Source of the DNA: Lachnospiraceae bacterium
GTDB taxonomy: Bacteria; Bacillota; Clostridia; Lachnospirales; Lachnospiraceae
Assembly: GCA_017634065.1 (NCBI GenBank)
Contig: JAGBOC010000011.1
Coordinates: forward strand, 60,412 to 124,411
Direction: 5' to 3'
Length of the DNA: 64,000 bases
The notes under the pieces: generated by a model
Told to the model about the DNA's origin: nothing
What the model saw: the letters and a program-made list of their open reading frames with translations, nothing else
Databases searched by the model: none
Shown: piece by piece, positions 56,113-64,000 of the stretch
How the letters are laid out: each line of letters begins with the position of its first letter
Numbering within the stretch: position 1 is the stretch's first letter
Made by a program: the position numbers and the translations under genes

Positions 56113-57555
56113 ATGAGATTTAAAATACAAACAAAAATTAATGTTTTTGCCTTGACATTTGTTGTGATGAGTTTTGTATGTCGTGCTGCTATTGTAAGTG
56201 ATAATGATGGTACTGCATTTGTTACGAAGACGGAATTTGAGGCATTGAAAAGTGATTTTAATGCACAGATTGATAATTATAATCGTAGCATTGATAATAA
56301 AATTGATGGTGCGATAGCATCATATTTGGCAGGAATAAAAGTTTCAAGGCTTGTTGAAATAGAGAGCTTACTTAATAAAGTTAATAGTCAAACTGCATAT
56401 ACTAGAGGCTGGTTTCCGATGTGTAAAACATATAGTTTTAGTTCAACTAACAAACCAGTTAATGGTCAGTTAGCTATGCAAATATTACAAACAATAGGAA
56501 TGGGAAGAAAAAAAGATGGTTGGGCCGGGCATCAGATTTATAGTTTAAATATAGATAGTTCTGATGGATTAGTTCGAGACACATTAGTATATGTTGATAA
56601 ACCTGGTGCGCGTACAAATGGAAGGTATTATTGTATAGAACAGTCAAACGATAAAACATTTAATATTTATCAAGGAAGTTATTTAAATGTTTTATATAAG
56701 GAAACATTAGTTGGAGTATCATTTGGCTATACAGTTAATATTGGTGTTTCAGGTGATGCTACATCAACATGGGCAGTAGACACATTAAAAAATGAAAGTG
56801 GCAAATGGATCCCATTGTCAACAACTGTTGATAATGTACTGTCAATGGCTTGGGACCCTAGTGGAAGAACAACATTATTAAGACAAGTGCCATCTTATTT
56901 TATACCTTCTTATGAACTCACCAGTACAAATCAAATATGGCCGATAATGGGGCAATGCCCAACCACAAATGATACAATCTGCTTATATTTGGATAAGTTC
57001 TCTGTATCAACACCAAGTGAAGCATTGTCAACTATGGTATGTGGATATAAAGGTCATATAAATGCAACTCAAAATAATACTGTAAAATATTTTGATGCAA
57101 AGAATGGTGCGTCTGCTACATCTCTTAATTGGTATTATAATTATCACCCACTAGAGTCAATAGCTGTATCAGATATCGCTGTGAAGGAAGTATCAAGTGT
57201 AATGTCAAATAAAAAATATGAGTTTTACTGTGGACTACCAATATGTAACATAGCTAATAATGGGACATTAACACTTGAACTTAAATTTCATAGTGAATCT
57301 GGCAATAAAATACACTATGCTATTAAATCATCAACTTTTAAAAATGATTCTACATATACTAATGACACATCACTTAATTTAAGAATGAGTGATGATACTG
57401 CTATCACTAGCCAAGAAGTAGATGATGGCACTACATTGAAATTAAAATGTGATGTAAAAAAAGATACAACACTTTGGATTAAGGCTTATGATGCTAGTGA
57501 TAATGAGAAGTATGTTGGTGTAGAAACTATTTCAATTATAGAAGAAACAGACTAG
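56113..57555 (+). CDS. Secreted paralogue family protein, type A, copy 2
   Basis: RBS 'aaggaaaggg'. 'IVSDNDGTAFVTKTEFEALKSDFNAQIDNYN'. C-terminus colinear with copy 1 ('YYNYHP.E.IA.SD', 'GLPIC.IA..G', 'FHSESGN'). Confidence 0.8.
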   Translation: MRFKIQTKINVFALTFVVMSFVCRAAIVSDNDGTAFVTKTEFEALKSDFNAQIDNYNRSIDNKIDGAIASYLAGIKVSRLVEIESLLNKVNSQTAYTRGWFPMCKTYSFSSTNKPVNGQLAMQILQTIGMGRKKDGWAGHQIYSLNIDSSDGLVRDTLVYVDKPGARTNGRYYCIEQSNDKTFNIYQGSYLNVLYKETLVGVSFGYTVNIGVSGDATSTWAVDTLKNESGKWIPLSTTVDNVLSMAWDPSGRTTLLRQVPSYFIPSYELTSTNQIWPIMGQCPTTNDTICLYLDKFSVSTPSEALSTMVCGYKGHINATQNNTVKYFDAKNGASATSLNWYYNYHPLESIAVSDIAVKEVSSVMSNKKYEFYCGLPICNIANNGTLTLELKFHSESGNKIHYAIKSSTFKNDSTYTNDTSLNLRMSDDTAITSQEVDDGTTLKLKCDVKKDTTLWIKAYDASDNEKYVGVETISIIEETD

Positions 57556-57621
57556 TCGAAGTATATTATTGGCATAACACTTATCATAGCATAACTAATA
57601 AGTTATGCTGTAAGGACTTAA

Positions 57622-57648
57622 AAGGGGGATTTCATCTCCCCCTTTTTT
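57622..57648 (+). terminator. Rho-independent terminator
   Basis: 'aaggggga...tctccccctt' followed by T6. Confidence 0.75.
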
Positions 57649-57704
57649 ATGGTATAATAAAATGCAGTTGTAATACATTTATTTTGGAAAGGAGTGAGAT
57701 TTTT

Positions 57705-58919
57705 ATGGGTAGTGAGAAGTATGAAAAACATTTTTTGCTAAATACTGAGACCGCGAAAGAATATGCGACTGAATACCTTAAGTATTTTGATGATAAAACA
57801 AGTATTGAGTGTGTTGAGATAGGTGATGGTAATATAAATTATGTATTTAAAGTTTATGATAAAAAAACTGGCAAGTCAGTTATCATAAAGCAAGCGGACA
57901 AACTCCTAAGATCATCAGGGAGACCGCTTGATTTGCATCGCAATAAAATAGAGGCTGAAATACTTAAAATTCAGAAATCACTTGCACCAAAATATATTCC
58001 TGAAATATATAATTATAATGAGAAAATGTATGCTCTTGCGATGGAAGATATATCTGAATATAAAAATCTGCGAAAGGAACTAATGGCAGGAAAAATATTT
58101 GAAAAGTTTGCTGATGATATAACTACATTTATGGCGGATACCTTGCTTCCTACAACAGACCTTGTTCTTGATAGAGCAAAAAAGAAAGAGTATGTAAAAC
58201 TTTTTATCAATATTGATTTATGCGATATCACTGAAGACTTAGTTTTGACAGAGCCATATTATAATTATAAAAATAGAAATATTATTATAAATGAAAATCA
58301 AAAATTTGTTGAGGACAATATTTATAATGATAGTGAATTACATTATTATGTAGATATACTTAGAAATAACTTTATGAATAATGCTGAAGCATTGCTCCAC
58401 GGAGACTTACATTCTGGTTCTATATTTATAAATGATGTAGGAATAAAAGTAATTGATCCAGAATTTGCATTTTATGGTCCTATGGGATATGATATAGGGA
58501 ATGTCATAGGAAATCTTGTATTTTCATATGCATATAAATATTTCACAGATTGCAATGATAAAAAGTTTTTAGATTATATACTTCGCACTATAAGAGACGT
58601 AATTGATAAGACTTATGTGAAACTGAATAAAAAATATGATGAAATTGTAGAATTTAAATTATATAAAAATGAAAAGTATAAATGCAAATACATACGTGAC
58701 ATCATGGCTGATTCATTTGGATATGCAGGAACTGAAATCATCCGAAGGACAGTCGGTGATAGTAAGGTGGCGGAGTTAAATAGCATAACTGATATTAATA
58801 TAAAAGTTCCACTTGAAAGAAGTTTGATATTGGTTGGAAAATATTTGATAAAAAATATGTTGACATTAAGTGATGGTACTAGTGTGGCAAGTGTGATAAA
58901 AGAAAACATGTATTATTGA
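57705..58919 (+). CDS. mtnK: 5-methylthioribose kinase
   Basis: 'EIGDGNINYVFKV', 'LLHGDLHSGSIF', 'IDPEFAFYGPMGYD'. ATG 57705 after 'aaaggag'. Confidence 0.88.
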   Translation: MGSEKYEKHFLLNTETAKEYATEYLKYFDDKTSIECVEIGDGNINYVFKVYDKKTGKSVIIKQADKLLRSSGRPLDLHRNKIEAEILKIQKSLAPKYIPEIYNYNEKMYALAMEDISEYKNLRKELMAGKIFEKFADDITTFMADTLLPTTDLVLDRAKKKEYVKLFINIDLCDITEDLVLTEPYYNYKNRNIIINENQKFVEDNIYNDSELHYYVDILRNNFMNNAEALLHGDLHSGSIFINDVGIKVIDPEFAFYGPMGYDIGNVIGNLVFSYAYKYFTDCNDKKFLDYILRTIRDVIDKTYVKLNKKYDEIVEFKLYKNEKYKCKYIRDIMADSFGYAGTEIIRRTVGDSKVAELNSITDINIKVPLERSLILVGKYLIKNMLTLSDGTSVASVIKENMYY

Positions 58920-58932
58920 TGTGGAGAACATT

Positions 58933-59985
58933 ATGGAAAGATATGATCAAGATTTGGCATTTATTTTAAGATATGAAAATGTAGCATGGTATGAGAATGG
59001 TAAAGTTCGCATACTTGATAGGAGAATATATCCTACTGAGATTAAATTTGTGGAATGCAGCACATATAAAGAAGTGGCAAAAGCTATAAGTGATATGGTC
59101 ACTCAAAGTGCTGGACCATATACGGCTGCAGGTATGGGTATGGCACTTGCTGGATATGAAGCAAGAGAAAAATCTGAAAAAGAGCAAATAGATTTTTTAA
59201 AAACTGCAAGTTATGAAATATCTCATGCAAGACCAACGACTGCAAATAGAATGACGCAGATTACAGAAGGATGTCTTAAAGCTATGATGGAAGCACTAAA
59301 AAATGGAAAGGAAACTTCTGAAGCTGCATTTGAAGAAACTATCAAGTCTTTAAATAGAAGATATAGCATAATGGAAAAAGTTGGAGAAAATCTGGCAAAA
59401 CTTTTTCCGAAAGGTGGGCGTATATTAACACAGTGCTTTGGTGAAACTATCATAGGGATGATGCTTCGTGCTGCAAGAAAATATAATAATGATGTAAAAA
59501 TATATTGTGCAGAAACTAGACCATACTTACAAGGCGCAAGACTTACTTCAAGTTGTTGTTATGACATGGGCTTTGATACAACTGTTATAACGGACAATAT
59601 GGTTGCGTATGCGATGGAAACTAAAAAAATAGATTTATTTACATCGGCTGCTGATACAATAGCACGTGATGGACATATTGCCAATAAAATAGGTACATAC
59701 CAGATAGCGATCTTAGCAAAATATTTTAAGATACCATATTATGTGACAGGTATACCAGATAAGGATAAACACACTAAAGATGATATCGTGATTGAAGAAC
59801 GAGATCCAAAACAAGTTTTAAGTTATAGAGACATCCCAAATACTTTAAATGGTGTGAAGGCAATATATCCTTCATTCGATATAACACCTCCGCACCTTAT
59901 AAGCGGCGTTGTGACAGACAAAGGTGTATATGTTCCTTATACACTAAATGATTATTTTACAGATGAGGTGGAAAGGTTTTATTAA
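58933..59985 (+). CDS. mtnA: S-methyl-5-thioribose-1-phosphate isomerase (eIF-2B alpha/beta/delta family)
   Basis: 'ARPTTANR', 'CAETRPYLQGARLT', 'GHIANKIGTY', 'FDITP'. Adjacent to mtnK. Confidence 0.85.
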   Translation: MERYDQDLAFILRYENVAWYENGKVRILDRRIYPTEIKFVECSTYKEVAKAISDMVTQSAGPYTAAGMGMALAGYEAREKSEKEQIDFLKTASYEISHARPTTANRMTQITEGCLKAMMEALKNGKETSEAAFEETIKSLNRRYSIMEKVGENLAKLFPKGGRILTQCFGETIIGMMLRAARKYNNDVKIYCAETRPYLQGARLTSSCCYDMGFDTTVITDNMVAYAMETKKIDLFTSAADTIARDGHIANKIGTYQIAILAKYFKIPYYVTGIPDKDKHTKDDIVIEERDPKQVLSYRDIPNTLNGVKAIYPSFDITPPHLISGVVTDKGVYVPYTLNDYFTDEVERFY

Positions 59986-60053
59986 GAAAATGTTGACAAG
60001 GATGATGTAGTGTGTTTACTTTGGTGAGAAAAGATAAAAAGGGCAGAGGAGCA

Positions 60054-60536
60054 TTATATCATCCAAATAGGAACGATAGTGTTTTCCTTATCAACTGGGA
60101 CAATTTTGTCTTTCATACATAGGAGGCAACCATTGCCTCTTTTTCTTGTTGATTTATCAAGTAATTTAAAACTATTAGTCATTCTATCATGTGGAATGGT
60201 TGTTTTTTTAATCTCTATTGGATGCAGTTGGTTGTCATAATCAATGATTAAATCTATCTCATTTTTTTCTGTATCTCTATAATAATAAAAAAGTTCTTCT
60301 AATAAATTGTTGTGGTAAGTCATTCGTATTTCATTTATGACATAATTTTCTAAGATGGCACCATTTATAGTATCATTCATTAGTATTTGACTTGAACTAT
60401 ATTTGAGTAAGTATGTTATTATACCAGTGTCGAAAAAGTACATTTTTTTATTTTTAATGATCCTTTTGAGTAAATTATTTGAAAATGAATGTTTGTATAT
60501 AGGAAGAATAATATTCATTTCTATTTTTGATTTCAT
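60054..60536 (-). pseudogene. C-terminal remnant of a DUF4143 AAA ATPase (N-terminal ATPase half missing)
   Basis: 'KMYFFDTGI..YL', 'NEIDLIIDYDNQLHPIEIKK' match the C-terminal half of the 11016..12314 protein type. No Walker motifs, only 160 aa. Confidence 0.65.
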
Positions 60537-60732
60537 CTAATTCTGTTTTAAATTTATTATTATATGTTTTAAAAATTTCATTTTGCGACAGTGGGTTCAT
60601 GTGAATTATAGCTACTCGACCTGCAAGAGTATTCTTTTGCCAAGTTTAATATGCTATTTTCTATTTGTCTTTTGATATACATAAAAGCCCCTTTTTTTCA
60701 TGATGAAAATACGATTACATCTTATTTTAATA

Positions 60733-60999
60733 CAACCCCCTATGTCAACCCCCAATCTTTTGCAACTTGTAGGTGGTTGGTACTGGGGAGGTGCGTTCGC
60801 CGTAGGGGCGAGCACCGCGAGCCCGAACGTAGGTAGATGTTGTACTTGCGAACGTATTTTGTGAGCTTAGTACAACACTATGCCAGATTTCCGTGAAGAT
60901 GCGAAGCATCTGAACGCTTTTCGGAAATCGGCTGGTGAGCACGCGCCGTAGGGGTGAGCATTGCGAACCCTAACTAAATAGGTCGTAAAATACATATTT
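60733..60999 (+). repeat. Conserved 5' cassette (copy B), expanded by extra GTAG-type units and a ~110-nt nested-hairpin insert
   Basis: Same flanks as 54507-54638. GTAG units at 60802, 60829 and 60948. Hairpins at 60839-60876 and 60886-60929 (inner 60897-60911). Confidence 0.8.
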
Positions 61000-62580
61000 A
61001 TGAAAAAGAGCACAAAAATAATGAAAAAGCTACTAGCTTTATTTTTAGTTGTGCTCATGAGTATAGATGGGTTTGCTGCGGTAGTATCTGATAATGATGG
61101 CTCGGCGTTTATCACTAAGGCGGAGTATGATAGTTTGAAGAATAACTTTCAGAGTCAACTTGATAAATATAATTCTTCCATTGATAATAGAATTGATTAT
61201 ACTATAGCATCTTACTTAGCTGGGTTAATAATAAATCAAGATCCAGATAATCTTTGGCAAAAAATAGAAGACATTACAAATAGTTCAATTAGGTTTTTGA
61301 ATGGTTACCCAGGAACAGGCGTGGAAGATTGTCGCACTGAAACAACATTAAATATAACAAGACAATACAATATAAAAAGAAATAGATTTTATTATGGTTT
61401 TGTTGGCCGTAACGTTACAGCAGCTGGAGACTCAAATTCGATAGGGTTTAAATTTCAAATTTGTTATAGCTCGGACACTGGCGTCTCTTGGGACTATTCA
61501 ATCCTGTCAAATCTTGTGAACGCTGTTAACGGAACCCTAGTTGGTCGTACTGGCTGGGATGCGGATTTTGGATATAAGCTTGCTGAAACGAGTAGTGTAT
61601 CAGAAAATGGATCTGCAAGTGCAGTGACTAATATACAAGATGGTAATGGTTGTGTCTGGTTATATGAGGAACTTCCTAGCGGGCATAAACAATTACGGAG
61701 TTATAATTTGAAATTTTACCCGGTTCAGAATATGAATGTCAGTGGGCATTCTTATAAGGATTGGTATACAACGAACAAAAATGATTTTAAGACAAGATAT
61801 ACAACTGCAAGTGGATTAGACATAACTTCTAGTATAGCTAATTTGAGTTTTACTATGCCAGAAGGTACAAAACCTGGATTTTACTCTGATTACAGCGAAC
61901 GGAGATCAAGAACATCAACGACAAATGGAACCTGGGGTGATATGACATTATCAATTGTGAAAGAAAATGATGGGATAGATTATACATCAATACAATTTGG
62001 GAATATTCCTACAGATGGTAAGATTTGGTGCCTTGATGAGCAGGAAAACTTTGTATTATCAACACTTAAAACAGTAACTGGAAATCCAGTGCTTGTAGCT
62101 GAAGAATACCCAAGCCCTTCTGGTCCAGCTTCAAGAAATGTTAGTTATAATGCAGTAACAACTAAATACTATCAAGTATCATATAAACCAAGAAATGAAT
62201 ACATTAATTCTTTTTCTAATCAGTATTTATCATCAGTCGCTGGAGAACAAGTTTTTTTAGGAGGAGGGGCGCCGCTTTTTAAAACCTTCGGTTCGGATGA
62301 AAAGATTAAATGTAAAATTAAATTTCATTTAGAAAATGAAACTGGAGCAGCAACTAGTGGAGATGTAATATATTCAATATCAAATAAACAATTCATAAAT
62401 GGTTTATCAACAGGTAGTTCATATACTCCAATTAATAATCAAAGTGTGACAGTTGAATCAAGTGGTACAGAAGTAGAGTTTACAATAGATTCAGATAACC
62501 CACAAACTTGGTGGATAAATATGTATCCAGTAAATGACGGAAACAGAGTATACATAACAAATAGTTCATTTAAGATTTAA
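61000..62580 (+). CDS. Secreted paralogue family protein, type B, copy 1
   Basis: 'MKKSTKIMKKLLALFLVVLMSIDGFAAVVSDNDGSAFITKAEYDSLKNNFQSQLDKYN'. The first ~60 codons are nearly identical at DNA level to 54639-. Confidence 0.75.
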   Translation: MKKSTKIMKKLLALFLVVLMSIDGFAAVVSDNDGSAFITKAEYDSLKNNFQSQLDKYNSSIDNRIDYTIASYLAGLIINQDPDNLWQKIEDITNSSIRFLNGYPGTGVEDCRTETTLNITRQYNIKRNRFYYGFVGRNVTAAGDSNSIGFKFQICYSSDTGVSWDYSILSNLVNAVNGTLVGRTGWDADFGYKLAETSSVSENGSASAVTNIQDGNGCVWLYEELPSGHKQLRSYNLKFYPVQNMNVSGHSYKDWYTTNKNDFKTRYTTASGLDITSSIANLSFTMPEGTKPGFYSDYSERRSRTSTTNGTWGDMTLSIVKENDGIDYTSIQFGNIPTDGKIWCLDEQENFVLSTLKTVTGNPVLVAEEYPSPSGPASRNVSYNAVTTKYYQVSYKPRNEYINSFSNQYLSSVAGEQVFLGGGAPLFKTFGSDEKIKCKIKFHLENETGAATSGDVIYSISNKQFINGLSTGSSYTPINNQSVTVESSGTEVEFTIDSDNPQTWWINMYPVNDGNRVYITNSSFKI

Positions 62581-62601
62581 TAATATAATGGAGAAATGTT
62601 A

Positions 62602-64000
62602 ATGAATAAATTTCGTAAAAAAATTGGAGTTATATCTATTAATATGTTTTTAATAATATGCTCCACATTTGGCACTTATTCTGCGATAGTATCGGATAAT
62701 GATGGTTCAGCATTTGTTACAAAGGTTGAATTTGAAACTTTAAAGAAAAACTTTGCAAACCAAATTGATAATTACAAGTCAAGTTTAGAAAATAAAATTG
62801 ATGGTGCTATAGCATCTTATTTAGCCGGAATTAAAGTGGATGCGGAACCGGAAAACTTATGGGATAAAGTATTAGAAGAAACTGGTGGCAATATGGCATT
62901 TAGAAATTCACTGGAAAGCATTGGAAGAGATATAATAGAAACTGATATTAAAATTAATATATCAAGAAGTTATAAAAGAAAATTAAATAATTATTATATG
63001 GGTTGTGTTGCGAGAGCATCTGTGGTAAATGGCATTAAATTTAATGTTACATATTCATCAGATATATCTAAAATAGGTGATGAAACATTGATGTATTCTC
63101 TCACCGAAGGTTCTAATTGTACATTTAATAGTGTTACTAGTTGGGATCAAAAACCTTGGTACAAGCTTAGCAGTTCAACAAGCAAAACAGAAACAAAACA
63201 AGTTGGTGATACTATAAATGTCAGTGATGGGGAAGGAAATGTATGGCTCTATGAAATATTACCTAGTGGTGAAAAAACAATTAGATCATATCAGAAGACA
63301 TATTATCCAACTCAAGTTTTAAATGTGTATGGGCACTCATATAAAGACTGGTTTACTACCAATAGTAGTACTTGGTTGACAAGATATACTACTGCAAGTG
63401 GAGTAAATGATACAACAGCATTATCTTTTACAATGCCTACATTAGACAAAGTAGGTAGAGTAGAAGACATAACAAATCAAAAAAGTAGTGATGCTGAAAC
63501 ATCGGGAACCTGGGGGAATATGACTATATCATATACATCGATTCCGTCTACTGAAAGTTACCAGACAGCCCAATTTGGTATACTACCATATACTAATATA
63601 TATGCAGTAAATGAAAGAGCAAATTTAAATCTTTCGGCGATAGTTACTCAATCAGCAGAAAAGCTATATGTTTCTGAACAATATCCTCAGCCTAAAGGTT
63701 CAACAGAGAGGAAGGTTGAATATTCAGGTATAAGTGTGAAGTATCACCAAGTGAATTTGACACCAGAGTTTCTACCTCTGAATAGATTTGTAAATAAATA
63801 TCTTACTGGAATTGCAGGAGAAAATGTATATTATGGTGGAGGTTCGCCTTTATTTGAGACATTTGATTCGGACCAAAAAATAAGATGCAGGATAAAATTT
63901 AAGGTACAAGATGAAAATGGAAATGCTGTTAGCGATAATATAACATATTCTATTTCTGATAAACAATTTGTGAATGGAAATAAAGTTGCTGATGCTACTT
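62602..64000 (+). CDS. Secreted paralogue family protein, type B, copy 2 (3' end outside window; not in ORF track)
   Basis: My own translation from ATG 62602: 'MNKFRKKIGVISINMFLIICSTFGTYSAIVSDNDGSAFVTKVEFETLKKNFANQIDNYKSSLENKIDGAIASYLAGIKV...'. Open to base 64000. Colinear with 61000-62580 ('NVWLYE.LPSG', 'GHSYKDW', 'RYTTASG'). Confidence 0.8.
   Translation, partial: MNKFRKKIGVISINMFLIICSTFGTYSAIVSDNDGSAFVTKVEFETLKKNFANQIDNYKSSLENKIDGAIASYLAGIKVDAEPENLWDKVLEETGGNMAFRNSLESIGRDIIETDIKINISRSYKRKLNNYYMGCVARASVVNGIKFNVTYSSDISKIGDETLMYSLTEGSNCTFNSVTSWDQKPWYKLSSSTSKTETKQVGDTINVSDGEGNVWLYEILPSGEKTIRSYQKTYYPTQVLNVYGHSYKDWFTTNSSTWLTRYTTASGVNDTTALSFTMPTLDKVGRVEDITNQKSSDAETSGTWGNMTISYTSIPSTESYQTAQFGILPYTNIYAVNERANLNLSAIVTQSAEKLYVSEQYPQPKGSTERKVEYSGISVKYHQVNLTPEFLPLNRFVNKYLTGIAGENVYYGGGSPLFETFDSDQKIRCRIKFKVQDENGNAVSDNITYSISDKQFVNGNKVADAT

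Noticed and set aside
57556-57704. SAM (S-box) riboswitch upstream of mtnK.
   Set aside because: Only about 50 nt lie between the terminator and the start. No S-box conserved helices are present. Only an extended -10 ('tggtataat', 57649-57657) is visible.

Overview
64-kb window from a low-GC (about 30% by eye) Clostridia-type Firmicute. Gene content suggests a Stickland-fermenting, Peptostreptococcaceae-like anaerobe (inference). Nearly all genes are on the + strand. Core content: leuS (5'-truncated), VanW protein, tpiA, hrcA, xpt, the selenocysteine module (tRNA-Sec selC, selA, selB, ProX/PrdX-like deacylase), and a split D-proline reductase cluster. That cluster runs prdC-prdA-small ORF-prdB(UGA-Sec), then a DUF3798-type ABC transporter, putP, prdF racemase, prdD and prdE. 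Further on: rpmG-secE-nusG-rplK-rplA, rpiB-tilS-hpt, an SbcD/SbcC-like pair, asnS (- strand) and mtnK-mtnA. Accessory content: (1) an AT-rich island (10.8-16.5 kb) with an AAA+/DUF4143 ATPase, a nucleotidyltransferase gene frameshifted at a G9 tract, and a 1,056-aa TIR - helical/TPR - GNAT fusion protein. This island is my best candidate for an undescribed defence-type system. (2) A dispersed GC-rich element family, GTAGGGG(C/T)GAGCA(C/T)TGCGA(G/A)CCC, i.e. GTAG plus an imperfect hairpin (REP-like). All copies are co-oriented with genes, often in 26-27-nt tandem arrays. Some abut start codons and supply the only Shine-Dalgarno, and one array lies in frame inside leuS. (3) Two tandem pairs of secreted paralogues with a near-identical 5' cassette and mature N-terminus but divergent C-termini. 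(4) A 1,655-aa surface protein combining a C1 peptidase, Listeria-Bacteroides repeats, poly-Gly and cell-wall-binding repeats, plus a BspA-like LRR protein. All calls come from reading the sequence and ORF translations; no searches or computations were run.
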